A DNA stretch of 64,000 nucleotides from Eledone cirrhosa. Taxonomy: Eukaryota. A program made the translations under genes and the position numbers. The stretch covers positions 1,240,001 through 1,304,000 of the forward strand of contig OZ024744.1 of assembly GCA_964016885.1 (NCBI GenBank). Reading direction: 5' to 3'. The number at the start of each line of letters is the position of its first letter. The stretch's first letter is position 1. This document shows, piece after piece, positions 24,651 to 36,500 of the stretch. The notes beneath the pieces are model-generated. The model was given only the letters and a program-made list of their open reading frames with translations. It was not told the origin of the DNA and did no database searches.

Positions 24651-27310
24651 AGGTAGAGAAAGATAGCTTGGTGAAGAACGAAGTTTTGAGGGAAGACAAA
24701 GTAGAGAAAGATAGCTTGGTGAAGAACGAAGTTTTGGGGGAAGACAATGTTGAGAAAGATAGCTTGATGAAGAACGAAGTTTTGGGGGAAGACAAGGTAG
24801 AGAAAGATAGCTTGGTGTAGAACGAAGTTTTGAGGGAAGACAAGGTAGAGAAAGATAGCTTGGTGAAGAACGAAGTTTTGGGGGAAGACAAGGTAGAGAA
24901 AGATAGCTTGGTGAAGAACGAAGTTTTGAGGGAAGACAAGGTAGAGAAAGATAGCTTGGTGAAGAACGAAGTTTTGAGGGAAGACAAGGTAGAGAAAGAT
25001 AGTTGGTGAAGAACGAAGTTTTGAGGGAAGACAAGGTAGAGTAAGATAGCTTGGTGAAGAACGACGTTTTGAGGGAAGACAAGGTAGAGAAAGATAGCTT
25101 GGTGAAGAACAAAGTTTTGGGGGAAGACAAGGTAGAGAAAGATAGCTTGATGAAGTACGAAGTGTTGGGGGAAGACAAGGTAGAGAAAGATAGCTTGGTG
25201 AAGAACGACGTTTTGTGGGAAGACAAGGTAGAGAAATATAGTTGGTGAAGAACGAAGTTTTGAGGCAAGACAAGGTAGAGAAAGATAGCTTGGTGAAGAA
25301 CGAAGTTTTGAGGGAAGACAAGGTAGAGAAAGATAGCTTGGTGAAGAACGAAGTTTTGGGGGAAGACAATGTAGAGAAAGATAGCTTGGTGAAGAACGAA
25401 GTTTTGAGGGAAGACAAGGTAGAGAAAGATAGCTTGGTGAAGAACGAAGTTTTGGGGTAAGACAAGGTAGAGAAAGATAGCTTGGTGAAGAACGAAGTTT
25501 TGAGGGAAGACAAGGTATAGAAAGAGAGCTTGATGAAGAACGAATTTTTGGGGGAAGACAAGGTAGAGAAAGATAGCTTGGTGAAGAACGAAGTTTTGAG
25601 GGAAGACAAGGTAGAGAAAGATAGCTTGGTGAAGAACGAAGTTTTGAGGGAAGACAAGGTAGAGAAAGAGAGCTTGGTGAAGAACGAAGTTTTGGGGGAA
25701 GACAATGTAGAGAAAGATAGCTTGGTGCAGAACGAAGTTTTGACGGACGACAAAGTAGAGAAAGATAGCTTGGTGAAGAACGAAGTTTTGGGGGTAGACA
25801 AGGTAGAGAAAGATAGCTTGATTAAGAACGAAGTTTTGGGGGAAGACAAGGTAGAGAAAGATAGCGTGGTGAAGAACGAAGTTTTGAGGAAAGACAAGGT
25901 AGAGAAAGATAGCTTGGTGAAGAACGAAGTTTTCAGGGAAGACAAGGTAGAGAAAGATAGCTTGGTGAAGAACGAAGTTTTGAGGGAAGACAAGGTAGAG
26001 AAAGATAGTTGGTGAAGAACGAAGTTTTGAGGGAAGACAAGGTAGAGAAAGATAGCTTGGTGAAGAACGACGTTTTGAGGGAAGACAAGGTAGAGAAAGA
26101 TAGCTTGGTGAAGAACGACGTTTTGGGGGAAGAAAAGGTAGAGAAAGATAACTTGGTGAAGAACAAAGTTTTGGGGGAAGACAAGGTAGAGAAAGATAGC
26201 TTGGTGAAGAACGAAGTATTGAGGAAAGACTCGGTAGAGAAAGATAGCTTGGTGAAGAACGACGTTTTGAGGGAAGACAAGGTAGAGAAAGATAGCTTGG
26301 TGAAGAACGAAGTTTTGGGGGAAGACAAGGTAGAGAAAGATAACTTGGTGAAGAACGAAGTTTTGAGGGAAGACAAGGTAGAGAAAGATAGCTTGGTGAA
26401 GAACGAAGTTTTGGGGGAAGACAAGGTAGAGAAAGATAGCTTGGTGAAGAACGAAGTTTTGAGGGAAGACAAGGTAGAGAAAGATAGCTTGGTGAAGAAC
26501 GAAGTTTTGAGGGAAGACAAGGTAGAGAAAGAGAGCTTGGTGAAGAACGAAGTTTTGGGGGAAGACAATGTAGAGAAAGATAGCTTGGTGAAGAACGAAG
26601 TTTTTAGGGAAGACAAAGTAGAGAAAGATAGCTTGGTGAAGAACGAAGTTTTGGGGGAAGACAATGTAGAGAAAGATAGCTTGATGAAGAACGAAGTTTT
26701 GGGGGAAGACAAGGTAGAGAAAGATAGCTTGGTGAAGAACGAAGTTTTGAGGAAAGACAAGGTAGAGAAAGATAGCTTGGTGAGGAACGAAGTTTTGGGG
26801 GAAGACAAGGTAGAGAAAGATAGCTTGGTGAAGAACGAAGTTTTGGGGGAAAACAAGGTAGAGAAAGATAGCTTGGTGAAGAACGAAGTTTTGAGAGAAG
26901 ACAAGGTAGAGAAAGATAGCTTGATGAAGAACGAAGTTTTGAGGGAAGACAAGGTAGAGAAAGATAGCTTGGTGGAGAACGAAGTTTTTAGGGAAGACAA
27001 AGTAGAGAAAGATAGCTTGGTGAAGAACGAAGTTTTGGGGGAAGACAATGTAGAGAAAGATAGCTTGATGAAGAACGAAGTTTTGGGGGAAGACAAGGTA
27101 GAGAAAGATAGCTTGGTGAAGAACGAAGTTTTGAGGAAAGACAAGGTAGAGAAAGATAGCTTGGTGAGGAACGAAGTTTTGGGGGAAGACAAGGTAGAGA
27201 AAGATAGCTTGGTGAAGAACGAAGTTTTGGGGGAAAACAAGGTAGAGAAAGATAGCTTGGTGAAGAACGAAGTTTTGAGGGAAGACAAGGTAGAGAAAGA
27301 TAGCTTGATG

Positions 27311-27510
27311 NNNNNNNNNNNNNNNNNNNNNNNNNNNNNNNNNNNNNNNNNNNNNNNNNNNNNNNNNNNNNNNNNNNNNNNNNNNNNNNNNNNNNNNNNN
27401 NNNNNNNNNNNNNNNNNNNNNNNNNNNNNNNNNNNNNNNNNNNNNNNNNNNNNNNNNNNNNNNNNNNNNNNNNNNNNNNNNNNNNNNNNNNNNNNNNNNN
27501 NNNNNNNNNN
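27311..27510. other. Assembly gap (200 N), probably a fixed-size scaffolding or curation placeholder of unknown true length
   Basis: Exactly 200 consecutive N. Satellite orientation and variant set both change across it. Confidence 0.97.
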
Positions 27511-30500
27511 CAAGCTATCTTTCTCTACCTTGTCTTCCGTCAAAACTTCGTTCTTCACCAAGATATCTTTCTCTACATTGTCTTCCCCAAAACTTCGTTC
27601 TTCACCAAGCTATCTTTCTCTACCTTGTCTTCCCTCAAAAATTCGTTCTTCACCAAGCTATCTTTCTCTACCTTGTCTTCTCCCAAAACTTCGTTATTCA
27701 CCAAGCTATCTTTCTCTACCTTGTCTTCCCTCAAACCTTCGTTCTTCACCAAGCTATCTTTCTCTACCTTGTCTTCCCACAAAACTTCGTTCTTCACCAA
27801 GCTATCTTTCTCTACATTGTCTTCCCCAAAACTTCGTTCTTCACCAAGCTATCTTTCTCTACCTTGTCTTCCCCCAAAACTTCGTTGTTCACCAAGCTAT
27901 CTTTCTCTACATCGCCTTCCCCCAAAACTTCGTTCTTCACCAAGCTATCTTTCTCTACCTTGTCTTCCCCCAAAACTTCGTTCTTCACCAAGCTATCTTT
28001 CTCTACCTTGTCCTCCCACAAAACTTCGTTCTTCACCAAGCTATCTTTCTCTACCTTGTCTTCCCACAAAACGTCGTTCTTCACCAAGCTATCTTTCTCT
28101 ACCTTGTCTTCCCTCAAAACTTCGTTCTTCACCAAGCTATCTTTCTCTACCTTGTCTTCCCCAAAACTTCGTTCTTCACCAAGCTATCTTTCTCTACCTT
28201 GTCTTCCCTCAAAACTTCGTTCTTCACCAAGCTATCTTTCTCTACCTTGTCTTCACCCAAAACTTCGTTCTTCACCAAGCTATCTTTCTCTACATTGTCT
28301 TCCCCAAAACTTCGTTCTTCACCAAGCTATCTTTCACGACCTTGTCTTCCCTCAAAACGTCGTTCTTCACCAAGCTATCTTTCTCTACCTTGACTTCCCC
28401 CAAAACTTCGTTCTTCACCAAGCTATCTTTCTCTACCTTGTCTTCCCCCAAAACTTCGTTCTTCACCAAGCTATCTTTCTCTAGCTCGTCTTCCCTCAAA
28501 ACTTCGTTCTTCACCAAGCTATCTTTCTCTACCTTGTCTTCCCCCAAAACTTTGTTCTTCACCAAGCTATCTTTCTCTACCTTGTCTTCCCCCAAAACTT
28601 CGTTCTTCACCAAGCTATCTTTCTCTACCTTGTCTTCCCCTAAAACTTCGTTCTTCACCAAGCTATCTTTCTCTAGCTTGTCTTCATACAAAACTTCGTT
28701 CTTCACCAAGCTATCTTTCTCTAACTTGTCTTCCCTCAAAACGTCGTTCTTCACCAAGCTATCTTTCTCTACCTTGTCTTCCCACAAAACTTCGTTCTTC
28801 GCCAAGCTATCTTTCTCTACCTTGTCTTCCCCCAAAACTTCGTTCTTCGCAAGCTATCTTTCTCTACCTTGTCTTCCCCCAAAACTTCGTTCTTCACCAA
28901 GCTATCTTTCTCTACCTTGTCTTCCCACAAAACGTCGTTCTTCACCAAGCTATCTTTCTCTACCTTGTCTTCCCTCAAAACGTCGTTCTTCACCAAGCTA
29001 TCTTTCTCTACCTTGTCTTCCTTCAAAACATCGTTCTTCACCAAGCTATCTTTCTCTACCTTGTCTTCTCCCAAAACTTCGTTATTCACCAAGCTATCTT
29101 TCTCTACCTTGTCTTCCCTCAAAACTTCGTTCTTCACCAAGCTATCTTTCTCTACCTTGTCTTCCCCCAAAACTTCGTTCTTCACCAAGCTATCTTTCTC
29201 TACCTTGTCTTCCCCCAAAACTTCGTTCTTCACCAAGCTATCTTTCTCTAGCTTGTCTTCACACAAAACTTCGTTCTTCACCAAGCTATCTTTCTCTACC
29301 TTGTCTTCCCACAAAACGTCATTCTTCACCAAGCTATCTTTCTCTACCTTGTCTTCCGTCGAAACTTCGTTCTTCACCAATATATCTTTCTCTACCTTGT
29401 CTTCCCTCAGAACTTCGTTCTTCACCAAGCTATCTTTCTCTACCTTGTCTTCCCTCAAAACGTCGTTTTTCACCAAGCTATCTTTCTCTACCTTGTCTTC
29501 CCTCAAAACATCGTTCTTCACCAAGCTATCTTTCTCTACCTTGTCTTCTCCCAAAACTTCGTTATTCACCAAGCTATCTTTCTCTACCTTGTCTTCCCAC
29601 AAAACGTCATTCTTCACCAAGCTATCTTTCTCTACCTTGTCTTCCGTCGAAACTTCGTTCTTCACCAATATATCTTTCTCTACCTTGTTTTCTCCCAAAA
29701 CTTCGTTCTTCACCAAGCTATCTTTCTCTACCTTGTCTTCCCTCAGAACTTCGTTCTTCACCAAGCTATCTTTCTCTACCTTGTCTTCCCTCAAAACGTC
29801 GTTTTTCACCAAGCTATCTTTCTCTACCTTGTCTTCCCTCAAAACATCGTTCTTCACCAAGCTATCTTTCTCTACCTTGTCTTCTCCCAAAACTTCGTTA
29901 TTCACCAAGCTATCTTTCTCTACCTTGTCTTCCCTCAAAACTTCGTTCTTCACCAAGCTATCTTTCTCTACCTTGTCTTCCCCCAAAACTTCGTTCTTCA
30001 CCAAGCTATCTTTCTCTACCTTGTCTTCCCCCAAAACTTCGTTCTTCACCAAGCTATCTTTCTCTACCTTGTCTTCCCCCAAAACTTCTTTCTACACCAA
30101 GTCATCTTTCTCTACCTTGTCATCCCTCAAAACTTCGTTCTTCACCAATCTAGCTTTCTCTGCCTTGTCTTCCCCCAAAACTTCGTTCTTCACCAAGCTA
30201 TCTTTCTCTACCTTGTCTTCACACAAAACTTCGTTCTTCACCAAGCTATCTATTCTCTACCTTGTCTTCCCTCAAAACGTCGTTCTTCACCAAGCTATCT
30301 TTCTCTACCTTGTCTTCCCCCAAAACTTCGTTCTTCACCAAGCTATCTTTCTCTACCTTGTCTTCCCCCAAAACTTCGTTCTTCGCAAGCTATCTTTCTC
30401 TACCTTGTCTTCCCCCAAAACTTCGTTCTTCACCAAGCTATCTTTCTCTACCTTGTCTTCCCACAAAACGTCGTTCTTCACCAAGCTATCTTTCTCTACC

Positions 30501-33500
30501 TTGTCTTCCCTCAAAACGTCGTTCTTCACCAAGCTATCTTTCTCTACCTTGTCTTCCCTCAAAACATCGTTCTTCACCAAGCTATCTTTCTCTACCTTGT
30601 CTTCTCCCAAAACCTCGTTATTCACCAAGCTATCTTTCTCTACCTTGTCTTCCCCCAAAACTTCGTTGTTCACCAAGCTATCTTTCTCTACCTCGTCTTT
30701 CCCCAAAACTTTGTTCTTCACCAAGCTATCTTTCTCTAACTTGTCTTCCCCCAAAACTTCGTTCTTCACCAAGCTATCTTTCTCTACCTTGTCTTCCGTC
30801 AAAACTTCGTTCTTCACCAAGATATCTTTCTCTACATTGTCTTCCCCAAAACTTCGTTCTTCACCAAGCTATCTTTCTCTACCTTGTCTTCCCTCAAAAA
30901 GTCGTTCTTCACCAAGCCCTCTTTCTCTACCTTGTCTTCTCCCAAAACTTCGTTATTCACCAAGCTATCTTTCTCTACCTTGTCTTCCCTCAAACCTTCG
31001 TTCTTCACCAAGCTATCTTTCTCTACCTTGTCTTCCCACAAAACTTCGTTCTTCACCAAGCTATCTTTCTCTACATTGTCTTCCCCAAAACTTCGTTCTT
31101 CACCAAGCTATCTTTCTCTACCTTGTCTTCCCCCAAAACTTCGTTGTTCACCAAGCTATCTTTCTCTACCTTGTCTTCCCCCAAAACTTCGTTCTTCACC
31201 AAGCTATCTTTCTCTACCTTGTCTTCCCACAAAACGTCGTTCTTCACCAAGCTATCTTTCTCTACCTTGTCTTCCCTCAAAACGTCGTTCTTCACCAAGC
31301 TATCTTTCTCTACCTTGTCTTCCTTCAAAACATCGTTCTTCACCAAGCTATCTTTCTCTACCTTGTCTTCTCCCAAAACTTCGTTATTCACCAAGCTATC
31401 TTTCTCTACCTTGTCTTCCCTCAAAACTTCGTTCTTCACCAAGCTATCTTTCTCTACCTTGTCTTCCCCCAAAACTTCGTTCTTCACCAAGCTATCTTTC
31501 TCTACCTTGTCTTCCCCCAAAACTTCGTTCTTCACCAAGCTATCTTTCTCTAGCTTGTCTTCACACAAAACTTCGTTCTTCACCAAGCTATCTTTCTCTA
31601 CCTTGTCTTCCCACAAAACGTCATTCTTCACCAAGCTATCTTTCTCTACCTTGTCTTCCGTCGAAACTTCGTTCTTCACCAATATATCTTTCTCTACCTT
31701 GTCTTCCCTCAGAACTTCGTTCTTCACCAAGCTATCTTTCTCTACCTTGTCTTCCCTCAAAACGTCGTTTTTCACCAAGCTATCTTTCTCTACCTTGTCT
31801 TCCCTCAAAACATCGTTCTTCACCAAGCTATCTTTCTCTACCTTGTCTTCTCCCAAAACTTCGTTATTCACCAAGCTATCTTTCTCTACCTTGTCTTCCC
31901 ACAAAACGTCATTCTTCACCAAGCTATCTTTCTCTACCTTGTCTTCCGTCGAAACTTCGTTCTTCACCAATATATCTTTCTCTACCTTGTTTTCTCCCAA
32001 AACTTCGTTCTTCACCAAGCTATCTTTCTCTACCTTGTCTTCCCTCAGAACTTCGTTCTTCACCAAGCTATCTTTCTCTACCTTGTCTTCCCTCAAAACG
32101 TCGTTTTTCACCAAGCTATCTTTCTCTACCTTGTCTTCCCCCAAAACTTCGTTCTTCACCAAGTTATCTTTCTCTACCTTGTCTTCCCCCAAAACTTCGT
32201 TCTTCGCAAGCTATCTTTCTCTACCTTGTCTTCCCCCAAAACTTCGTTCTTCACCAAGCTATCTTTCTCTACCTTGTCTTCCCATAAAACGTCGTTCTTC
32301 ACCAAGCTATCTTTCTCTACCTTGTCTTCCCTCAAAACGTCGTTCTTCACCAAGCTATCTTTCTCTACCTTGTCTTCCCTCAAAACATCGTTCTTCACCA
32401 AGCTATCTTTCTCTACCTTGTCTTCTCCCAAAACTTCGTTATTCACCAAGCTATCTTTCTCTACCTTGTCTTCCCCCAAAACTTCGTTGTTCACCAAGCT
32501 ATCTTTCTCTACCTCGTCTTTCCCCAAAACTTCGTTCTTCACCAAGCTATCTTTCTCTAACTTGTCTTCCCCCAAAACTTCGTTCTTCACCAAGCTATCT
32601 TTCTCTACCTTGTCTTCCGTCAAAACTTCGTTCTTCACCAAGATATCTTTCTCTACATTGTCTTCCCCTAAACTTCGTTCTTCACCAAGCTATCTTTCTC
32701 TACCTTGTCTTCCCTCAAAAATTCGTTCTTCACCAAGCTATCTTTCTCTACCTTGTCTTCTCCCAAAACTTCGTTATTCACCAAGCTATCTTTCTCTACC
32801 TTGTCTTCCCTCAAACCTTCGTTCTTCACCAAGCTATCTTTCTCTACCTTGTCTTCCCACAAAACTTCGTTCTTCACCAAGCTATCTTTCTCTACATTGT
32901 CTTCCCCAAAACTTCGTTCTTCACCAAGCTATCTTTCTCTACCTTGTCTTCCCCCAAAACTTCGTTGTTCACCAAGCTATCTTTCTCTACATCGCCTTCC
33001 CCCAAAACTTCGTTCTTCACCAAGCTATCTTTCTCTACCTTGTCTTCCCCCAAAACTTCGTTCTTCACCAAGCTATCTTTCTCTACCTTGTCCTCCCACA
33101 AAACTTCGTTCTTCACCAAGCTATCTTTCTCTACCTTGTCTTCCCACAAAACGTCGTTCTTCACCAAGCTATCTTTCTCTACCTTGTCTTCCCTCAAAAC
33201 TTCGTTCTTCACCAAGCTATCTTTCTCTACCTTGTCTTCCCCAAAACTTCGTTCTTCACCAAGCTATCTTTCTCTACCTTGTCTTCCCTCAAAACTTCGT
33301 TCTTCACCAAGCTATCTTTCTCTACCTTGTCTTCACCCAAAACTTCGTTCTTCACCAAGCTATCTTTCTCTACATTGTCTTCCCCAAAACTTCGTTCTTC
33401 ACCAAGCTATCTTTCACGACCTTGTCTTCCCTCAAAACGTCGTTCTTCACCAAGCTATCTTTCTCTACCTTGACTTCCCCCAAAACTTCGTTCTTCACCA

Positions 33501-36500
33501 AGCTATCTTTCTCTACCTTGTCTTCCCCCAAAACTTCGTTCTTCACCAAGCTATCTTTCTCTACCTCGTCTTCCCTCAAAACTTCGTTCTTCACCAAGCT
33601 ATCTTTCTCTACCTTGTCTTCCCCCAAAACTTTGTTCTTCACCAAGCTATCTTTCTCTACCTTGTCTTCCCCCAAAACTTCGTTCTTCACCAAGCTATCT
33701 TTCTCTACCTTGTCTTCCCCTAAAACTTCGTTCTTCACCAAGCTATCTTTCTCTAGCTTGTCTTCATACAAAACTTCGTTCTTCACCAAGCTATCTTTCT
33801 CTAACTTGTCTTCCCTCAAAACGTCGTTCTTCACCAAGCTATCTTTCTCTACCTTGTCTTCCCACAAAACTTCGTTCTTCGCCAAGCTATCTTTCTCTAC
33901 CTTGTCTTCCCCCAAAACTTCGTTCTTCGCAAGCTATCTTTCTCTACCTTGTCTTCCCCCAAAACTTCGTTCTTCACCAAGCTATCTTTCTCTACCTTGT
34001 CTTCCCACAAAACGTCGTTCTTCACCAAGCTATCTTTCTCTACCTTGTCTTCCCTCAAAACGTCGTTCTTCACCAAGCTATCTTTCTCTACCTTGTCTTC
34101 CTTCAAAACATCGTTCTTCACCAAGCTATCTTTCTCTACCTTGTCTTCTCCCAAAACTTCGTTATTCACCAAGCTATCTTTCTCTACCTTGTCTTCCCTC
34201 AAAACTTCGTTCTTCACCAAGCTATCTTTCTCTACCTTGTCTTCCCCCAAAACTTCGTTCTTCACCAAGCTATCTTTCTCTACCTTGTCTTCCCCCAAAA
34301 CTTCGTTCTTCACCAAGCTATCTTTCTCTAGCTTGTCTTCACACAAAACTTCGTTCTTCACCAAGCTATCTTTCTCTACCTTGTCTTCCCACAAAACGTC
34401 ATTCTTCACCAAGCTATCTTTCTCTACCTTGTCTTCCGTCGAAACTTCGTTCTTCACCAATATATCTTTCTCTACCTTGTCTTCCCTCAGAACTTCGTTC
34501 TTCACCAAGCTATCTTTCTCTACCTTGTCTTCCCTCAAAACGTCGTTTTTCACCAAGCTATCTTTCTCTACCTTGTCTTCCCTCAAAACATCGTTCTTCA
34601 CCAAGCTATCTTTCTCTACCTTGTCTTCTCCCAAAACTTCGTTATTCACCAAGCTATCTTTCTCTACCTTGTCTTCCCACAAAACGTCATTCTTCACCAA
34701 GCTATCTTTCTCTACCTTGTCTTCCGTCGAAACTTCGTTCTTCACCAATATATCTTTCTCTACCTTGTTTTCTCCCAAAACTTCGTTCTTCACCAAGCTA
34801 TCTTTCTCTACCTTGTCTTCCCTCAGAACTTCGTTCTTCACCAAGCTATCTTTCTCTACCTTGTCTTCCCTCAAAACGTCGTTTTTCACCAAGCTATCTT
34901 TCTCTACCTTGTCTTCCCTCAAAACATCGTTCTTCACCAAGCTATCTTTCTCTACCTTGTCTTCTCCCAAAACTTCGTTATTCACCAAGCTATCTTTCTC
35001 TACCTTGTCTTCCCTCAAAACTTCGTTCTTCACCAAGCTATCTTTCTCTACCTTGTCTTCCCCCAAAACTTCGTTCTTCACCAAGCTATCTTTCTCTACC
35101 TTGTCTTCCCCCAAAACTTCGTTCTTCACCAAGCTATCTTTCTCTACCTTGTCTTCCCCCAAAACTTCTTTCTACACCAAGTCATCTTTCTCTACCTTGT
35201 CATCCCTCAAAACTTCGTTCTTCACCAATCTAGCTTTCTCTGCCTTGTCTTCCCCCAAAACTTCGTTCTTCACCAAGCTATCTTTCTCTACCTTGTCTTC
35301 ACACAAAACTTCGTTCTTCACCAAGCTATCTATTCTCTACCTTGTCTTCCCTCAAAACGTCGTTCTTCACCAAGCTATCTTTCTCTACCTTGTCTTCCCC
35401 CAAAACTTCGTTCTTCACCAAGCTATCTTTCTCTACCTTGTCTTCCCCCAAAACTTCGTTCTTCGCAAGCTATCTTTCTCTACCTTGTCTTCCCCCAAAA
35501 CTTCGTTCTTCACCAAGCTATCTTTCTCTACCTTGTCTTCCCACAAAACGTCGTTCTTCACCAAGCTATCTTTCTCTACCTTGTCTTCCCTCAAAACGTC
35601 GTTCTTCACCAAGCTATCTTTCTCTACCTTGTCTTCCCTCAAAACATCGTTCTTCACCAAGCTATCTTTCTCTACCTTGTCTTCTCCCAAAACCTCGTTA
35701 TTCACCAAGCTATCTTTCTCTACCTTGTCTTCCCCCAAAACTTCGTTGTTCACCAAGCTATCTTTCTCTACCTCGTCTTTCCCCAAAACTTTGTTCTTCA
35801 CCAAGCTATCTTTCTCTAACTTGTCTTCCCCCAAAACTTCGTTCTTCACCAAGCTATCTTTCTCTACCTTGTCTTCCGTCAAAACTTCGTTCTTCACCAA
35901 GATATCTTTCTCTACATTGTCTTCCCCAAAACTTCGTTCTTCACCAAGCTATCTTTCTCTACCTTGTCTTCCCTCAAAAAGTCGTTCTTCACCAAGCCCT
36001 CTTTCTCTACCTTGTCTTCTCCCAAAACTTCGTTATTCACCAAGCTATCTTTCTCTACCTTGTCTTCCCTCAAACCTTCGTTCTTCACCAAGCTATCTTT
36101 CTCTACCTTGTCTTCCCACAAAACTTCGTTCTTCACCAAGCTATCTTTCTCTACATTGTCTTCCCCAAAACTTCGTTCTTCACCAAGCTATCTTTCTCTA
36201 CCTTGTCTTCCCCCAAAACTTCGTTGTTCACCAAGCTATCTTTCTCTACCTTGTCTTCCCCCAAAACTTCGTTCTTCACCAAGCTATCTTTCTCTACCTT
36301 GTCTTCCCACAAAACGTCGTTCTTCACCAAGCTATCTTTCTCTACCTTGTCTTCCCTCAAAACGTCGTTCTTCACCAAGCTATCTTTCTCTACCTTGTCT
36401 TCCTTCAAAACATCGTTCTTCACCAAGCTATCTTTCTCTACCTTGTCTTCTCCCAAAACTTCGTTATTCACCAAGCTATCTTTCTCTACCTTGTCTTCCC

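Larger units (their letters stand above)
1..27310 (+). repeat. 48-bp satellite array, left arm (purine-rich strand on +), about 570 monomers, truncated by window start and by gap
   Basis: Uninterrupted head-to-tail copies of TAGCTTGGTGAAGAACGAAGTTTTG[A/G]GGGAAGACAAGGTAGAGAAAGA, typically 0-4 differences per monomer. Recurrent 47-bp variant lacking the C of AGCTT (GATAGTTGG, CATAGTTGG, TATAGTTGG). Confidence 0.99.

Noticed and set aside
5-26015. Series of short overlapping VKNEVLREDKVEKDS ORFs resembling an operon or a programmed-frameshift gene
   Set aside because: Boundaries are simply the 47-bp monomers. Starts are repeat-internal TTG/GTG/ATG, in-frame stops (GGGTAA about 1321, GACTAG about 2045) are copied with the HOR, and there is no slippery-site or unique coding context.
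27311-27510. Terminal inverted repeats of a giant foldback transposon centred on the gap
   Set aside because: The arms are not mirror copies (different variants and HORs), and no element ends, target-site duplication or transposase sequence are visible.
27546-27562. CENP-B box-like motif CTTCGTTCTTCACCAAG
   Set aside because: It shares CTTCGTT with the canonical box CTTCGTTGGAAACGGGA but only 5 of the 9 essential positions (NTTCGNNNNANNCGGGN); the A and GGG are missing.
25933-28393. ORFs spanning the N gap (26009-28393 +, 25933-27561 -)
   Set aside because: They read through 200 unknown bases and join oppositely oriented contigs, so they are artefacts.
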